Of a stretch of 64,000 nucleotides of DNA, positions 61,492 through 64,000 are shown piece after piece. The stretch is from Lama guanicoe (lineage: Eukaryota). The DNA is taken from assembly GCA_013239625.1 (NCBI GenBank), contig MU053557.1:3750123-3814122 (forward strand), given 5' to 3'. A program made the position numbers and the translations under genes. Under the pieces are notes generated by a model. It was not told where the DNA came from, ran no database searches, and saw nothing but the letters and a program-made list of their open reading frames with translations. The stretch's first letter is position 1. The number at the start of each line of letters is the position of its first letter.

Positions 61492-63180
61492 TTTCTGCTT
61501 TTCGAATTTTCTAGAGTAAACATGCATTTCCTTGATAGAAGAAGAATTGTCTTTTACAGAACATAAGATAGAGGCAGGAAGTTCAGCTATCAGGAGGAAA
61601 CCCAGCTATGATAACATATTTTCCGTGTTACAAAGCTGCAAAGACAAGGCTGAGCCCACTGTAAATGGCATCCCCGGACCTCATCTGTCATTGCAGCCTC
61701 CTCCCTTCCTCAGCTGTTTCCACATTGTGCAATGTGGCCGAAGGCACTAATCATTGCTCTTTCCTACTGTGGTATGTTTCTTCTGCTGCTGCCTCTTTGG
61801 ATTGGCGTCCGCAGCTGCCCTGGCAGAGACCCGTTCCCACCCCCCAAGTCTTGCACGCATCTCTATGCCCTCTTCCCCAGCACCTCCTGCTGAGTCTGAC
61901 TCTGACTCATCCTAAACGTTCGGCACATTCGGCCTCCCAGGGCCTGCTCAGCCCAGCACACAATGCATCAGTGCCTTCTCTCTCGTACGCAGATGCTCGA
62001 TCCCCTCTTGAGGCCCTTCCACCTGCTCCTTAAAGGAGAGGCACCAGCCACAAAGGAGGACATTACATCTCTCCTCCTTTCCGAGGTGGGTCAATGGGGG
62101 TACATGTTGTAGGGAGTGTGGGCATTTGGCACTACGCTCTAGTGCAGCTGGATCTTCCATGAGTGACGCTCCATCCCTGAAGGAATTCAGAGATGCCAGG
62201 AAGAGATGGGGGGGTGTTTAGCAAAAACATGGAGTCCAGGACTGTCTCAGGAGCAATCAGAGTAGACGGCTCTGGACATTGTGCCAAAAGCCCCCAGCCC
62301 CTCTAGAAAGCGGAGTACTCTGGAGACATTTCAGTGTCTCCGATTAACACCTATCACCGTGACATGTTGGCAAAGGTTATGTAAATTACCTATCAACATA
62401 CGCTACAGAGCAGAGGGAAGCGCTATCAGACGTAGGGAGGACCAGGTCACTTCTGCAGGGTTAGGAAGATACGGAGGGTTCGATGTAGTCCTTGGTCAGG
62501 CCCTGGAACTGCCATGTACCATTCTTTAGGGTCAGAAAGGCTGCTACAAGGATTCACTGACTGACATTGTCCTTTCTGCATCTGGATGAAAGAGCTTTGG
62601 AACTCCTGTGAGATGGCATGGGGTTTTTTTTTTTCTCTCCCTTGCATTCTCTCTGAATGCTCCAAGAGAGTCTAGCTTTCCAAGTCAGAAGATTCTCAGC
62701 ACAGCCAAGTATGCCTGGAGTAACAGAAACCTTTGTCTTAATCTCAAAAGGCAATCTCTGCTTCATGACCAAATGCAGCCCTGCTTCCTCTATTGAGAAG
62801 CTCTGGTCTAGAAGCCCCCAGCAGCCTCATCATTTCCCTTGTAACCCCTCAAACAAAAAATTTTTGAGAAAAAAATAAAATAACTCCTTATTAAAATAAT
62901 ACAATTATTCCCAAAGAGCAATCTCTGATTTTCTTCTATCTTCTAAGTAGTCACAGATCTGTCATTGAGATCTACACTTTTATTTACGACTAGCCAAGGT
63001 TTAACTTTTCCTGAGCATTTGTTCTTAGGGAAGGAGGATACAAGGGGCAGGCTAGAGATGGGTATTCACTTCAAAAGGGGTCTAATCTCCTGATTACCTC
63101 CTCTTTGGTGACTGGATCAGAAGGCAACAGCCTGAAGCAATAGCTCAGAGCATCATTCTAAGGACATGCCAGGAGGAAAA

Positions 63181-63250
63181 ATGGCCAAATCCTTCCCAGC
63201 ACTCTGCTCACTTTTTTTCTTTATCCTGACACATTCGGCGTTATCATCTG
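63181..63250 (+). CDS. SPINK14: SPINK14 first coding exon (signal peptide); remaining exons lie beyond the window
   Basis: ATGGCCAAATCC...TCATCTG|gtgagt, MAKSFPALCSLFFFILTHSALSS, resembles human SPINK14 MAKSFPVFSLLSFILIHLVLSS as recalled; SPINK14 follows SPINK5 in the cluster. Confidence 0.85.
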
Positions 63251-64000
63251 GTGAGTAATGTGGCTGTTGGTAGGCATGGAAGGTTGATCAGTGGGCTCTG
63301 ACATTATAATCTGAAAGAGAATGCTTTGAAATTCTTATCTATGTATTTTTTTAATTTATTTAAGTGTATCACTTTATGTATTTATCTGCATTTATATAGA
63401 GAGACAATGCAGTGTGATCAAAAAACAGGGGGAGGGTTCTGGGCCAATGGGCAGGGGCCTTAGTTTCCCATCTGTCAATGCAGATAATAAGACCTGACTC
63501 ATGGGGACGAGTGGGCTTTGGTGATTTAGTGAGTAACTTGTGAAAGTGACTGACAATATGCCTCTACTCTAGTGCATCTCAAAAATTCAGAACTTAAAAA
63601 AATGCTTTGCCATATATCTGAGTGGGTTACTATCTTTTGCATCCTTTTTTAAGAGAAGTCATGTAGGGAGTTATAAAGAGACCAAGCTTCAAGAACTGAA
63701 GAACTTGTTTTTTTTCCATATCTGCCATGAATTCTTGGGCATTTCATAAAATATGGGGATTGGGTTAAAAGATCTCTTGAAAGTTCCAGCATTTCTTAAT
63801 TTCTTTCATACACTGGCTGCTGGTTCTGAATCCTCTCAAGCCCAGGCTAATTACTGTTAGTCAAAAAATTTTTGGTACACAGGACAGGCAACATTTATGA
63901 AAACAATGATGCGTCTAGATAGTTCTCTGCTGATTATCTACCAGGAATAAAAGAGTTATTCCACATTTGGAAAAAATGAATGAATGAATATATATATATA

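Overview
Mammalian (non-primate, non-rodent; the repeat content suggests a laurasiatherian, possibly a camelid) Kazal-type serine protease inhibitor cluster on the + strand. (1) 700-~44870 holds the 3' four-fifths of SPINK5 (LEKTI). I resolved 27 GT-AG exons, equivalent to human exons 7-33, that splice into one open frame of 2730 nt (909 aa + stop). It encodes the 4-Cys Kazal-like domains D3-D14 and the 6-Cys domain D15, with 128-nt domain exons alternating with 3n+1 linker exons. (2) 54758-56783 holds a small secreted single-domain Kazal gene (reactive site CTL|EY). It resembles the second head of the carnivore double-headed submandibular protease inhibitor, apparently lacks the first head, and needs a 14-nt micro-exon to stay in frame. 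(3) 63181-63250 is the signal-peptide exon of SPINK14. Introns and spacers carry L1, L2, MIR, MaLR, hAT and Tigger elements and an ERV1 solo LTR with a GAS motif. The most notable observations are the extra Kazal gene, a frameshifted (89-nt, stop-containing) counterpart of the human SPINK5 long-isoform exon, a 56-nt perfectly homogenised tract shared by the D6/D7/D9 exons, and in-frame changes in the D3-D4 linker and D13. Comparisons with human and carnivore proteins and with repeat consensuses are from memory, not from a search.
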